From Oopsacas minuta (Eukaryota > Animalia > Porifera), in assembly GCA_024704765.1 (NCBI GenBank), contig JAKMXF010000113.1, positions 5,235-21,588 of the forward strand: a DNA stretch of 16,354 bases. Direction: 5' to 3'. This document shows, one piece after another, positions 1 through 9,266 of this stretch. Positions within the stretch are counted from its first letter, which is position 1. Each line of letters opens with the position of its first letter. The position numbers and the translations under genes are program-made. The notes beneath the pieces were generated by a model, which was not told where the DNA came from, ran no database searches, and saw nothing but the letters and a program-made list of their open reading frames with translations.

Positions 1-708
1 CCATTCCTAAACTGGTACTTAGTTCCTTCTTGGACAGATGTTCTAGCACCCTTCCGTCTACACAGCATTGTCGAGAAATAATAGAAAAGTAAATAACAAC
101 AAATACACGTGTTAACTAACAAGTAAATAACAACAAACCTGAAAATATTGCTGGACTGAGTTAGACCCAGAGAAGGCAGTCAATGAGAAGCTATCCATTC
201 GTAGTCAACAGCTCTGTAGGTGGGGTAGAGACAAGGGGTACTAGCTTTAGAGAGACCTGCCCTCTCTTGGACAGCATTCATGGGGTTGAGTCTCAGGAGA
301 GGTTGTAGTATTCCCAGTTCTTGTTCGTAGTTCCTCTTTCCCAATGACAGAAGCATAGGAACTGTTTTGCATTGCAATCCGACTGCATTACTCACTGACT
401 CTGGTAAACTACTGCTCCACCTCTACCCACGCCTGAAGAGCCTCTGGAGATGATAACAGGAATTGTGTGTCCTCTCTTTCCACAAATGAGATTTCGGCCT
501 GTAGTCTAGCTAGTCTCCCTTCTGGCGCCTCACACACTCCTAGAGAAGAGGGGATCTCTTTTGTATCCGGGGACTTAGTTTCCCTAAAGGAACTGACTAT
601 CCACCAGAGAGAGGATTTCCCCTTGAGTGATTTCTTGCGGGAGCGGGACATGTAGAGCTTGGGAGCTCCTGGCACCAATTCTGTCCTCTCAAAGAGGCAC
701 TCATCCAC
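1..708 (-). pseudogene. PPFIA: Liprin-alpha (PPFIA-like) SAM1-SAM2 exon fragment, copy A; continues off the left edge
   Basis: Translation across frames gives ALQAWVEVEQ..LPESVSNAVGLQCKTVPMLLSLGKRNYEQELGILQPLLRL..DYEWIASH*LPSLGLTQ, then an intron (72-138), then CVDGRVLEHLSKKEL. This resembles liprin-alpha TVVAWLELWLGMP..REIGISNPLHRL..EWIGNEWLPSLGLPQY..VDARMLDHLTKKDL. There is a +1 frameshift near 405, in-frame stops, and the acceptor reads CG where copy B has AG. Confidence 0.85.
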
Positions 709-903
709 TATATGTCAGTTATCAGATATTGTGGTAGCGGTTATTTACAGTTGTGTTCGCCTAATAGCAATATTGCTCAATTTGTAAGTTACTTTTAGCC
801 CCTAAGTGAGTATTTCTTGTATATTTTGTTCCTCTAATAGCAAGTTAGCTTATTAGTTACCAAATTCCATTCAAAATGCGACTTCTTATTACTCACACAC
901 CAC
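1..903 (+). repeat. Segmental duplication, direct copy of 8560-9461
   Basis: Collinear and roughly 90% identical by eye from ccattcctaaactggtac to ..acaccac; the flanks diverge abruptly after 903 and 9461. Confidence 0.95.
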
Positions 904-914
904 TCCTTATTTCA

Positions 915-1040
915 GAGGTAGCATTCTCTGGTAGACCTAGAGCTACCGCTATCATATGCATAGCAATCCTCTGTTACTGTTCCTGTAGACTTCAAGTACT
1001 TCCAAACTTCTCAAATGCATCCACCTTCACAACCCATATA
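915..1040 (-). pseudogene. Papain-family (C1A, cathepsin-B-like) cysteine protease fragment
   Basis: Translates as YMGCEGGCI*EVWKYLKSTGTVTEDCYAYDSG, matching the C1A pattern GCxGG...AWxYL...G.VTxxCYPY. It has an internal TGA, and no catalytic Cys or His exons are visible. Confidence 0.7.
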
Positions 1041-1249
1041 GTATATAGAATAAGATATTCACATACTTGGTGATTAGCCTCCCAAGATTCATGGATTATC
1101 CTCGAATTTTCATACAAATCAAAGGAAGAAATTTATTTTTCCAAATAATTGTTTCAAATTGCTATTCAAGGATGGAAACTTGGAAATACCGAAATTTAGC
1201 AAAGAGATTATACAAATAGGTTTGCCAGTGATTAACTGTCACATTTTGC

Positions 1250-2204
1250 TAGTTTGTATACTGCCTTCATCTCCCTATAATACTTCTGATTTCCTTCTAG
1301 AATCCTTAAATTCAACGTCAACATACTAGACGAATGGAAACGATTGTTGTGCCAGGAGATTAATTATTGTTGTTTGATTTTGGACCATTTCAGGCAGTAA
1401 CTGGAGTACGTTCCCAATAGATACCAAATTCTCTTTGATCTCTCAAAAGTTCTAACTTATCATCCTCTTTTGCAATAAGAATAGACTTTGTATCATTAAT
1501 GTCAATGGACGTTACCAACTGTGATGTTGTCTTTTCCTACTAACTGCTGGTACTTCACCATCAAATGGGACTGAAGGACTAATTGGCATTTCACTACTTT
1601 CGACCAGGATAAAAGGAAGTGGAGATATTGTATGGGCAATACGATTTAGTGCTAGAATTCTCATGTTTCACTCATCTACTGAGTCTATCCCCTGTCTCAC
1701 AGTAGAGACTGTACCTAGTATATTCTTGTTGGCTAGGCCTATGCCCACCATAGCTTGTTCCCTCTCCCATCTGCATTTTTCCAACAGCAGCTCCTTCATT
1801 ACTACGTAGCACTTTTCTATACGGCCCTGTACACAATTTCTCTATCTCTATCCTGTAGCAATTGGTGTGAAGGATCCAGTGATGAGATAGCTCAGAATCA
1901 ATAGTTCTGAGCTCTTCGTGCTCTTTGAAGCCATCCAATCCTAAGTCTGTCTGTACAAACTGGTTAGCAGAGGGAGTGAAGGTAGGATGTTGAATGGAAG
2001 AGGAACTAGGTGGATCTTGCAACTTCTGTACCTTCAATGATGGATAGTAAGAACTGGTCGGAGCACTACCCGAGGCCCTTGATTTGGGTGTGGTGTAGGG
2101 TTGGGAGGGAGACTCGGGAGCATCTGAGTATGAATATTTGCGTTTACGAGTTGATTTGAGACTAGTGTTGCTAGGGGTGGGGGTAACGTCATGTGATGTA
2201 TTGA
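1250..2204 (-). pseudogene. Degraded, apparently intronless coding-like region of unknown family
   Basis: A stop-free frame runs from ~2210 to 1672 (ELNTSHDVTPTP..STRKRKYSYSDAPESP..EELRTIDSELSHHWILHTNCYRIEIEKL). Further protein-like text continues in shifted frames (VMKELLLEKCRWEREQAMVGIGLANKNILG..; KENLVSIGNVLQLLPEMVQNQ). There is no ATG of its own and no recognisable motif. Confidence 0.35.
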
Positions 2205-2291
2205 GTTCTCCTCACACCAGTCTAAAGTAGATGTGGTATTGCCCCAGTGTCCCTTGATGTGGTATTTATCCGTCCATACATTAGGAGCCAT
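2205..2291 (-). pseudogene. ACER3: Alkaline ceramidase (ACER3-like) N-terminal fragment, truncated
   Basis: MAPNVWTDKYHIKGHWGNTTSTLDWCEEN matches the ceramidase N-terminal signature G(Y/H)WGxxTSTLDWCEENY. Similarity stops abruptly after EEN with no GT donor, and no later ceramidase exons are seen. Confidence 0.8.
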
Positions 2292-3868
2292 TATTAGGAA
2301 TCCTAGATCTAAACAAGGAGATAAAAATAAAAAAATAGTTAATGAAGGGAATGAAGAACTATAGGTGCTATAGTACAATAGTAAACAAAAATAAAACATA
2401 AATAAGATTACATGCAATGTAGAGATGTCAACAAATGAAATGCTATAATATATAGGAATTAGTTAGTGATAGAATGCTAAACTAACCAATAAATAAGAAT
2501 CTGCTGTATTGAACCTGAACCTACGGAGTCCACTAAGTGAAGATTAAAGTAATCTTGTGGTAAGTATAAGTTAATCGGGTCAAAACGGAGCTTCGAAGTT
2601 ACAAATCAAGAAAACTGTTGAAAGGATTTAATAGACTATAGAATATTAAGAAAAGGAAATAATCTGTGTAAGATAGAAATAATGGAAATAATCAATATAC
2701 TAATGTTCAGGTACGGGAATTTTTGAGTTGTCTGTGATTATCATATTGCTTATACCATTCTTTTTCATGTAATTAGCTTTCTGACCCTCCTCCAGTCATG
2801 TGTATTTCCTGTATATGTATAGCAGCATATATCATCTCCTGCATGTCTAACACCTTATAAAGTTCGGTATGGACTCCTCCTCCTGAAAACATTAACAAAA
2901 TAATAACGAATATAATTGTAACGAAAATAAACTATACCATCAGCTGCGCGACAGCTTAGTGCTCAGGTTAGAAAACAATAAATTTATATATGATTAATCC
3001 AAAAGTGTGAAAATCAAATACAGCATGTGCGTTATAATTAGAACGTCATGATGACGTAATCATTCCATGATTAAGTTAGCTTTTGGTCAGAATCATGACA
3101 TCAGGACATCTGGTACCTTGAGGAGTACCTCTGTTCAAAAATTTCAAACTTCTATCAACTATATTTGCTGAGCAGTGTTGAATAATGTGATTTTTGAAAA
3201 TCAAAAAGGTGACAATTAACTCACAATTTAGTCATAGGTCTGAATTCTCCTTCAAATACTCGAAATGGTCCGAGGCAGGGCCAAAATACCCCCCTGTATA
3301 CCAAAAATCAGCCCTCGAGGTTCTCCAGGTTCCTCAATCAATTCTGGACATACTAACATATATATGCACACTACCCTGTGTAGCCGTTTAGAGCAAGCCT
3401 GTATTTACATTTTGAAATTTGGCCAATTTGTTTACTTTATATTCATAAAAACAACAATATGATTTCTCTTCGTAAGATCATCTGTTGTATGTTGCTAATG
3501 GTATCAGAAACACAAAGAATATTCCATTATTTCCTAATTAGTTATGATTTCTAGTCTATTGTGTAACATTTAGATATTAAGCGTATTAAACAATACAAAT
3601 ACTTTTTCAAGTCAATTGAAGGATAATATTCGTAGAATCAATCTAGATACAACATTCATATATTTTAGCAAACCATAAAACATATCTTTGAAATATCAAA
3701 ATATTGTTACTTAGTAAACCATAACATTAAAATTCAAATCTTGTATAAGATTAACCTTGCTCAGTTTAGCAGCGCCAAATACTCAATTTGGACGGTAACG
3801 ACAGATAAAGGTTGAGAAACGCTGGAGGGTTCATCTCACTATTTGAATGACCATTTAATAAACAGAAC

Positions 3869-5014
3869 TTACCGCTTCGCTAGTGAAGTGGGGGGGCTGT
3901 CACCGGGATGCCTCCGCTTTCGGGAAGCGCGATCCGTTGGCGGTGGAGGAGGAGGAGGAGTTGGAATCGGGATCTAGTAAAGAAAATAAAATAAAACTCG
4001 TCCGTAATAGCATGTATACATTAACACATGCTGGTGTACTCACTATTGGTGGTGGAGCAGTAGTTTCAAGAGATGACAAGAGTTGTACTCGAAGGGAGTC
4101 ACACATCATCCGAGACATGTCTAGCTTTTTCTTCAATACTTTCTCACTTTTTAACAGACCTTGCTGCTCATCCTCTACCTGTAATCTTTTAGACTGGTCA
4201 ATTTGAGCATTGTTTTCTTTTTTCTTATCCAATATATGCTTAGCTCTAGTCAATCCTTTAATCAGTTCACGTAGATAACTTGTTAGTTCGTCATTCTCTA
4301 CCTGTAATATCTTATATAATATTTCAAACATTGAATAATTGGAGAACAATTGTACTGGAGTTTCATGCAAATTAAAATTGGAGAAATTCCTATTTACAAT
4401 TTGTATATTATTCCTATTTAAGTCACATTGAAGTGTCTTAAACTATTTTAATTATTCTTAGACAATTCGTTAGTGGATTTTGGGAAAATTTTAACGCAGA
4501 ATATAATGAAGGGATTATCAATGATCAGTAAGATAGATGAAACTAACTTTCTTAGAATCTTCAATTAGGATATTTTTCTGAGTTCCATCCGTTCCTACCA
4601 ACGTATTACGGTATACAATCTTTGGTTTATTCAACTTATCCACTCCCTCTTTCTCCTTCTCCTTCTCCTTCTTCTCGAGGAATTCTTTCAATAGCTCTTC
4701 TTTCTCGCCGTCAATAGCAAGCTCTATTTCCTGCATTTTCGTTCCTCTTTGATAAGGAGCCAAGTGGAAGGTGTGAATATCCGCAGAAAGATTTACATCA
4801 TTAACACTTAGCCATCCGTCATGCCCTCCAGGAGACAGCTGTGTCTTTGTTTGGAATCTAGCATCTTTCTTTGACCACAACAAACTGATTCTTTTACCAT
4901 CTTGTGTGAACAGCTGTACTTCTTTCTCGAGAGTAGCTCTCTCCTTTGTCCAGAAGAGTAGTACCTTAGGTAGCTGTACTGGATTGTCAATTGACTGGTG
5001 GAAGTGCTCGGGTT
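3869..5014 (-). CDS. Spliced gene of unknown function: possible CBM48/E-set-like domain, coiled coil, Pro-rich tail with basic motif; 5' end not resolved
   Basis: Stop-free exons with GT-AG signals: ~5014-4548 (acceptor ttctag, donor GTTAGT), ~4389-4044 (donor GTGAGT) and 3973-3869 (acceptor tactag; IPIPTPPPPPPP..SRKRRHPGDSPPTSLAKR*). The phase of the 4548 to ~4389 junction could not be reconciled simply. Confidence 0.5.
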
Positions 5015-5310
5015 CTAGAAGCAGTAGGAAAATTAACTTTTTCCAAAATACAAACATTTATCATAGAAATAAATGCAATTACTAACCAAGCTATTTTTAG
5101 CCAATATAGTAATTTATAATAATAATAAACAAGCATAAAGCAACAGGAATTCTGATTTCATAGCTCATACAAGAAATGAGCCAGTTATAAACTTTCAAAG
5201 TTAAACAATACAAATGATCCATGGACCCGCTGGATTAGGAATTTTTTACCTGTTAGAATCGATAAGATCGCCAAATTATAGTCCAATCATATAACTTAAT
5301 ACAAAACTTA

Positions 5311-5336
5311 CAGTCTGTCAACTAATTATTTAGAAT
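5311..5336 (+). repeat. Tc1 TIR, left
   Basis: TA|CAGTCTGTCAACTAATTATTTAGAAT. Confidence 0.95.
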
Positions 5337-5415
5337 TTTTGGGTATATATTTCTACTATGATGTTAGGAGGAGAAGGTCTTATAATCAAAGGAATACATA
5401 AAAATATCATAAAAT

Positions 5416-6401
5416 TTAATAATTAATACTTTCTCCACTCCCCTCTATGATCAGATTACAGCGAAACGTCATTGACTTCCAATATGGAATAAGGAATTCT
5501 GGCTCTATGTTGCCCCAAATCTCTTCCAACTTGCATTTTAATTCTGCTATTGTCTTGGGCCCCTTTTTCACAATTGTTTGCTTCAACCATCCAAATAGGT
5601 TTTCTATCGGATTCATATCCGGGCTTTGTGATGGCCATGGCATCTTATTTGGTACATTTTTCTCGATCCACTGTCTGGTGAATTTTGAAGTATGATTTGG
5701 ATCGTTATCCATTACCAATCTCCAGTCATTACCATGAAAAACCTCTGCCTGCCTTACTAAATGACCTTCCATTATCGAAATAAATAACTGGCTATTCATG
5801 CTTTCCTTAAATATGCAGAGTGGGAAATCTCCCATAGATGAAAAAGCCGCCCAAACGTTGATTTTGGGGGAATGTTTTGTTGTTCGACATAATCTTTTTA
5901 TCCTCTCTTAGTCCACATTCTTATCCTTCCTCTAGCCAGCCATATCGACATTTCATCTACAAAGATGGTCTTGGCCCAATCTTTAACAGGGTATTTGTAC
6001 TTTCTAGCCCACTTGACACGATAAATTTTGTGCATTTCACTCAACATTGGGGCTAGAGTAGGGTAGGGTTTAGAGTAGGACATATCTTTCAAACCTCTAC
6101 GAACTGTTTCGTGTGAGACGTCTGGAGCAAGGCTTGAGGCAAGAGATCTCAAAGACATATGTGGGTTATGTCGAATATGCGCAGCCAAACTCTTTTTAAT
6201 TGAATTGCGAAGGGTACGAGGCCTACCAGCACCTGCTTTATGCCGGAGGGAAGAACCACTCGAAATTCTCTTACGGATATTGTATACTGTAGCCAAACTA
6301 ACAACTGCCATCTTCGATATTTCGATATATGTGAATTTAGAAAGTGCTAACAAGTGGTGCACGGTATCTCTTTTTCCGAGCTGTGATGTATTTAACATCA
6401 T
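5416..6401 (-). pseudogene. Tc1 transposase, frameshifted near 5900
   Basis: N-terminal HTH region with GRPR; IFVDE (D1), MDNDPNH (D2), and WPSQSPDMNPIENL with 34 residues between D2 and E. The two ORFs are joined by a net 1-nt frameshift at GGA TAA AAA GA, restoring KRLCRTTKHSPKINVWAAFS. Confidence 0.93.
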
Positions 6402-6620
6402 TTCTAAGAACAGTAGCTAGAAAAAGTAATAGAACCAAAAACATTTAAAAGTATGACGTCATTATGGCAAGAGGGTCCCAAAAAATATTTATAAGAAAAT
6501 TTTTGGTACTTGAGACCAGATGTATGATAAAAATGCAAAACAGTGATATATAAAACGGATATATCTTAAGAGTATAACTTCAATATAAATGTATGACTTG
6601 GTTCTATTATTACTGAGTAT

Positions 6621-6646
6621 ATTCTAAATAATTAGTCGACAGACTG
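6621..6646 (-). repeat. Tc1 TIR, right
   Basis: The reverse complement reads CAGTCTGTCGACTAATTATTTAGAAT, with TA flank at 6647-6648. Confidence 0.95.
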
Positions 6647-6806
6647 TATATACGTATTCCAATATTTGTGTAAAATAGTTCCAAAAATAAGAACTTACAA
6701 ATATTTATATATAACGCTAGCGTATCCATAAATGAAGCAATTTATAATCTACAAATTACAACTACAGATGCCATAAATAATTAATATTACTTTCCTATAC
6801 ACATAC

Positions 6807-7631
6807 CTGAATACCTGAATGACTACACAGATAGAAATCAATTCTGTTGGATGAGTAATACCTACATCTACTGTAGTACCAGCTGGGATGTTACCAGATC
6901 TACCACATTGATCGTTCTTGTCTCAACAGAACAGATGGGTGTGGTGTCTCTTCTGGACGGCAACGAATGTAATGCCAGGCTTGTAGTCAGCTTCTAAGAT
7001 ATTACCAAAGCTTCTCTTACGGCTCTCAGTTCTTGATTCAATACCTGTGACGTAAATAGACTCATTAGATCATAACTACCATACTTTCAACCCTCTCAGA
7101 ATCTTGCAATTCACAAGAAACTTGGGAAAGATTTGCAATTTTCGTAACTGATTACCCAAATAATCGCCCAAAATGCTATTCATGAAGAATTTTGAAAATC
7201 CGGGAAATGATTATAGAGGTTGATAAGAATGTAAGATATAAAAGTAGTTGAATTGAATCTGAACATATTCAGTTTGCATCTTTGGATATCCCAAAAGATA
7301 TTGCAGTCAGCATTCCATCCAGAAATTTTGGCAAGGGGGGGAAGGACCTAGGGTCCAATCAAATATTCCATTGTTATTGTATATAGTATATTCTTATAGT
7401 TAAACTGCGATAACAACATAGCATGACTGTACTGACCTGTTGAAATTGTCCTTCACTGACTCCATCCCGATGGAAAATAATCCTCTGAGGCTTAAACCTG
7501 GCAGATTTGTCTAATTAAATCAATAGATCTCGGACCATAGCAGCTAACTCTGTTATAATCTTTGGTCTGTGTTGCTATACACAGACTGAAGCACTGTAAC
7601 GACTAGGATGAGCGTCCATACTACCAACCAA
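6807..7631 (-). pseudogene. AGO: Argonaute (AGO clade) PIWI-domain pseudogene fragment, two exons (7631-7437 and 7044-6807)
   Basis: Exon 1: [63 protein letters not shown]. Exon 2: [73 protein letters not shown]. Splice sites are canonical AG/GT, with three stops and two indels. The ORF track misses it. Confidence 0.95.
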
Positions 7632-8410
7632 CTAACAATACAAGAAAGAGTGTAAATAGCGAATTGAAATGTTATAACGGGTATTCGCGACTCAGCCACT
7701 TCTGACTTATTGAATATTGGAGAGAATAATACAGGTAACAGTGGATACAGGTAACAGTGGATACTGGTGGCATTGGATACAGGTAACAATGGATACAGGT
7801 AGCAGTGGATACAGGTAACACTGGATACTGGTAGCAGTGGATACAGGTACCAGGGGCATCTATGGTATGCCAGTTATAAGAACCATGGATATTTACTAAA
7901 CTAGGAGGGACGATAAGACTACGATAAGACTAACCCGGTCAAATTATACTGCTAGCATTTAAATAAATAAATGTAGTGATTCGTTGAATAAGAATTTGGT
8001 AAATACAAACATTTTATTTTGTATTTTTTCCTAACTTTCCTTTCTTAGTTTCCGTCTTTACAAATCGTGTATAGGTGAGCACATGTGTAGCATTGTGGCT
8101 AAGGAGTATGGGAGTCGGGACTCTCAGGCTCTTGAAGACATTCTTAGACTCACTGCGTCGCTCTTCCGCCAGAATAGAGCAAAGCTCTTCCTCTTTGCTT
8201 TCTTGTCAGAATTCGAAGATTCCTGTTGAGACATCAAATCGTTAAGTGACGCCTCAAGTAGTTTCCAAGCAACCGAATCATTCTGAGGAATTTGTAGAGC
8301 ATTAGCCATTGTATGATAATCACATGAGTTATCAAAATATAGGACAGCTCCGTGGAGACCTCTGGACTCAATGTTACAATGTAACCACCCAGACCAATGG
8401 AATGTAACCA
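7394..8410 (+). repeat. Segmental duplication, copy of 15174-16353, with an internal inversion and a VNTR length difference
   Basis: Collinear 7394-7892 vs 15174-15816; inverted 7901-8099 vs 15840-16037; collinear again 8097-8410 vs 16038-16353. Confidence 0.95.
7731..7852 (+). repeat. 16-bp minisatellite (GTGGATACAGGTAGCA consensus), 7 full units plus a partial
   Basis: Units start at 7741, 7757, 7773, 7789, 7805, 7821 and 7837. Confidence 0.95.
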
Positions 8411-9266
8411 CAAGGAAATCTGTCTATTGGACCAGAAGGGTAGATCTGTCCTATCCGTGAATGATTGTCTCTGCGTGTTTTCCAGAATATTCCTCTCATA
8501 AATGAGGAAACGGAGAGCAAACATTCCCTACTGGAGATTATTCCTGTGGGAACTCTCAACCATTCCTAAACTGGTACTTAGTTCCTTCTTGGACAGATGT
8601 TCTAGCACCATTCCGTCTACACAGGATTGTCTAGAAATAATAGAAAAGTAAATAACAACAAATACACGTGTTAACTAACAAGTAAATAACAACAAACCTG
8701 AAATTAGTGTGTACTGAGTTAGACCTAGAGAAGGCAGCCAATGAGAAGCTATCCATTCGTAGTCAACAGCTCTGTAGGTTGGGTAGAGACAAGGGGTACT
8801 AGCTTTAGAGAGAGCTGCCCGCTCTTGGACAGCATTCATGGGGTTGAGTCTCAGGAGAGGTTGTAGTATTCCCAGTTCTTGTTCGTAGTCCCTCTTTCCA
8901 AATGACAGGAGCATAGGAACTGTTTTACATTGCAATCTGACTGCATCTCTCACTGACTCCGGTAAACCCCTGCTCCACCTCTACCACGCCTGACGAGCCT
9001 CAGGAGGCCATACACAGGAATTGTGTGTTCTCTCTTTCCACAAATGAGATTGAGGCCTGTAGTCTAGCTAGTCTCCCTTCTGGCGCCTCACACACACCTA
9101 CAGAAGAGGGGATCTCTTTTGTACCCGGGGACTTAGTTCCCCTAAAGGAACTGAGTATCTGTCGGGTAGAGGATTTCCTCTTGAGTGATTTCTTGCGGGA
9201 GCGGGACATGTAGAGCTTAAGAGCTACTGGCTCCAATTCTGTCCTCTCAAAGAGGGACTCATCCAC
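8154..9266 (-). pseudogene. PPFIA: Liprin-alpha SAM1-SAM3 exon fragment, copy B
   Basis: ..EWIASHWLPSLGLTQY, intron, then CVDGMVLEHLSKKELSTSLGMVESSHRNNLQ*GMFALRFLIYERNILE..DLPFWSNRQISLWLHSIGLGGY.NIESRGLHGAVL..MANALQIPQNDSVAWKLLEASLNDL. This matches liprin-alpha HRxSLQYGIMCLKRLNYDR..WSNDRVIRW..ESGVHGALLAL..LQIPTQN. Multiple stops and frameshifts; GTGAGT donor at 8153. Confidence 0.9.

Larger units (their letters stand above)
5311..6646 (-). mobile_element. Tc1-family (DD34E) DNA transposon, full length (1336 bp)
   Basis: 26-bp terminal inverted repeats with one mismatch, TA on both sides (5309-5310 and 6647-6648), and an internal transposase. Confidence 0.95.

Noticed and set aside
86-137. 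17-bp direct repeat AAGTAAATAACAACAAA (also at ~8647-8696)
   Set aside because: A small AT-rich duplication inside the liprin intron, copied along with the cassette; no sign of function.
467-655. Plus-strand ORFs 467-655, 9025-9213, 3883-4206, 5447-5695, 6205-6420 and minus-strand 12205-12441, 13022-13291
   Set aside because: Antisense shadows of better-supported coding regions (liprin, unknown gene, Tc1, Ulp1/PHD).
2990-3400. MITE-like segment and ORFs 3194-3391 and 3265-3462
   Set aside because: It looks repeat-like, but I found no matching terminal inverted repeats or TSD, and the ORFs have no motifs.
7437-7631. CAG-to-TAG and CAA-to-TAA stops as RIP-like hypermutation
   Set aside because: Too few events, other substitution types are common between copies, and the gene content looks animal rather than fungal.
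7901-7935. CTAG end of the inverted segment as a Helitron 3' terminus
   Set aside because: The adjacent structure is a direct repeat rather than the expected subterminal hairpin, and no matching 5' TC end could be defined.
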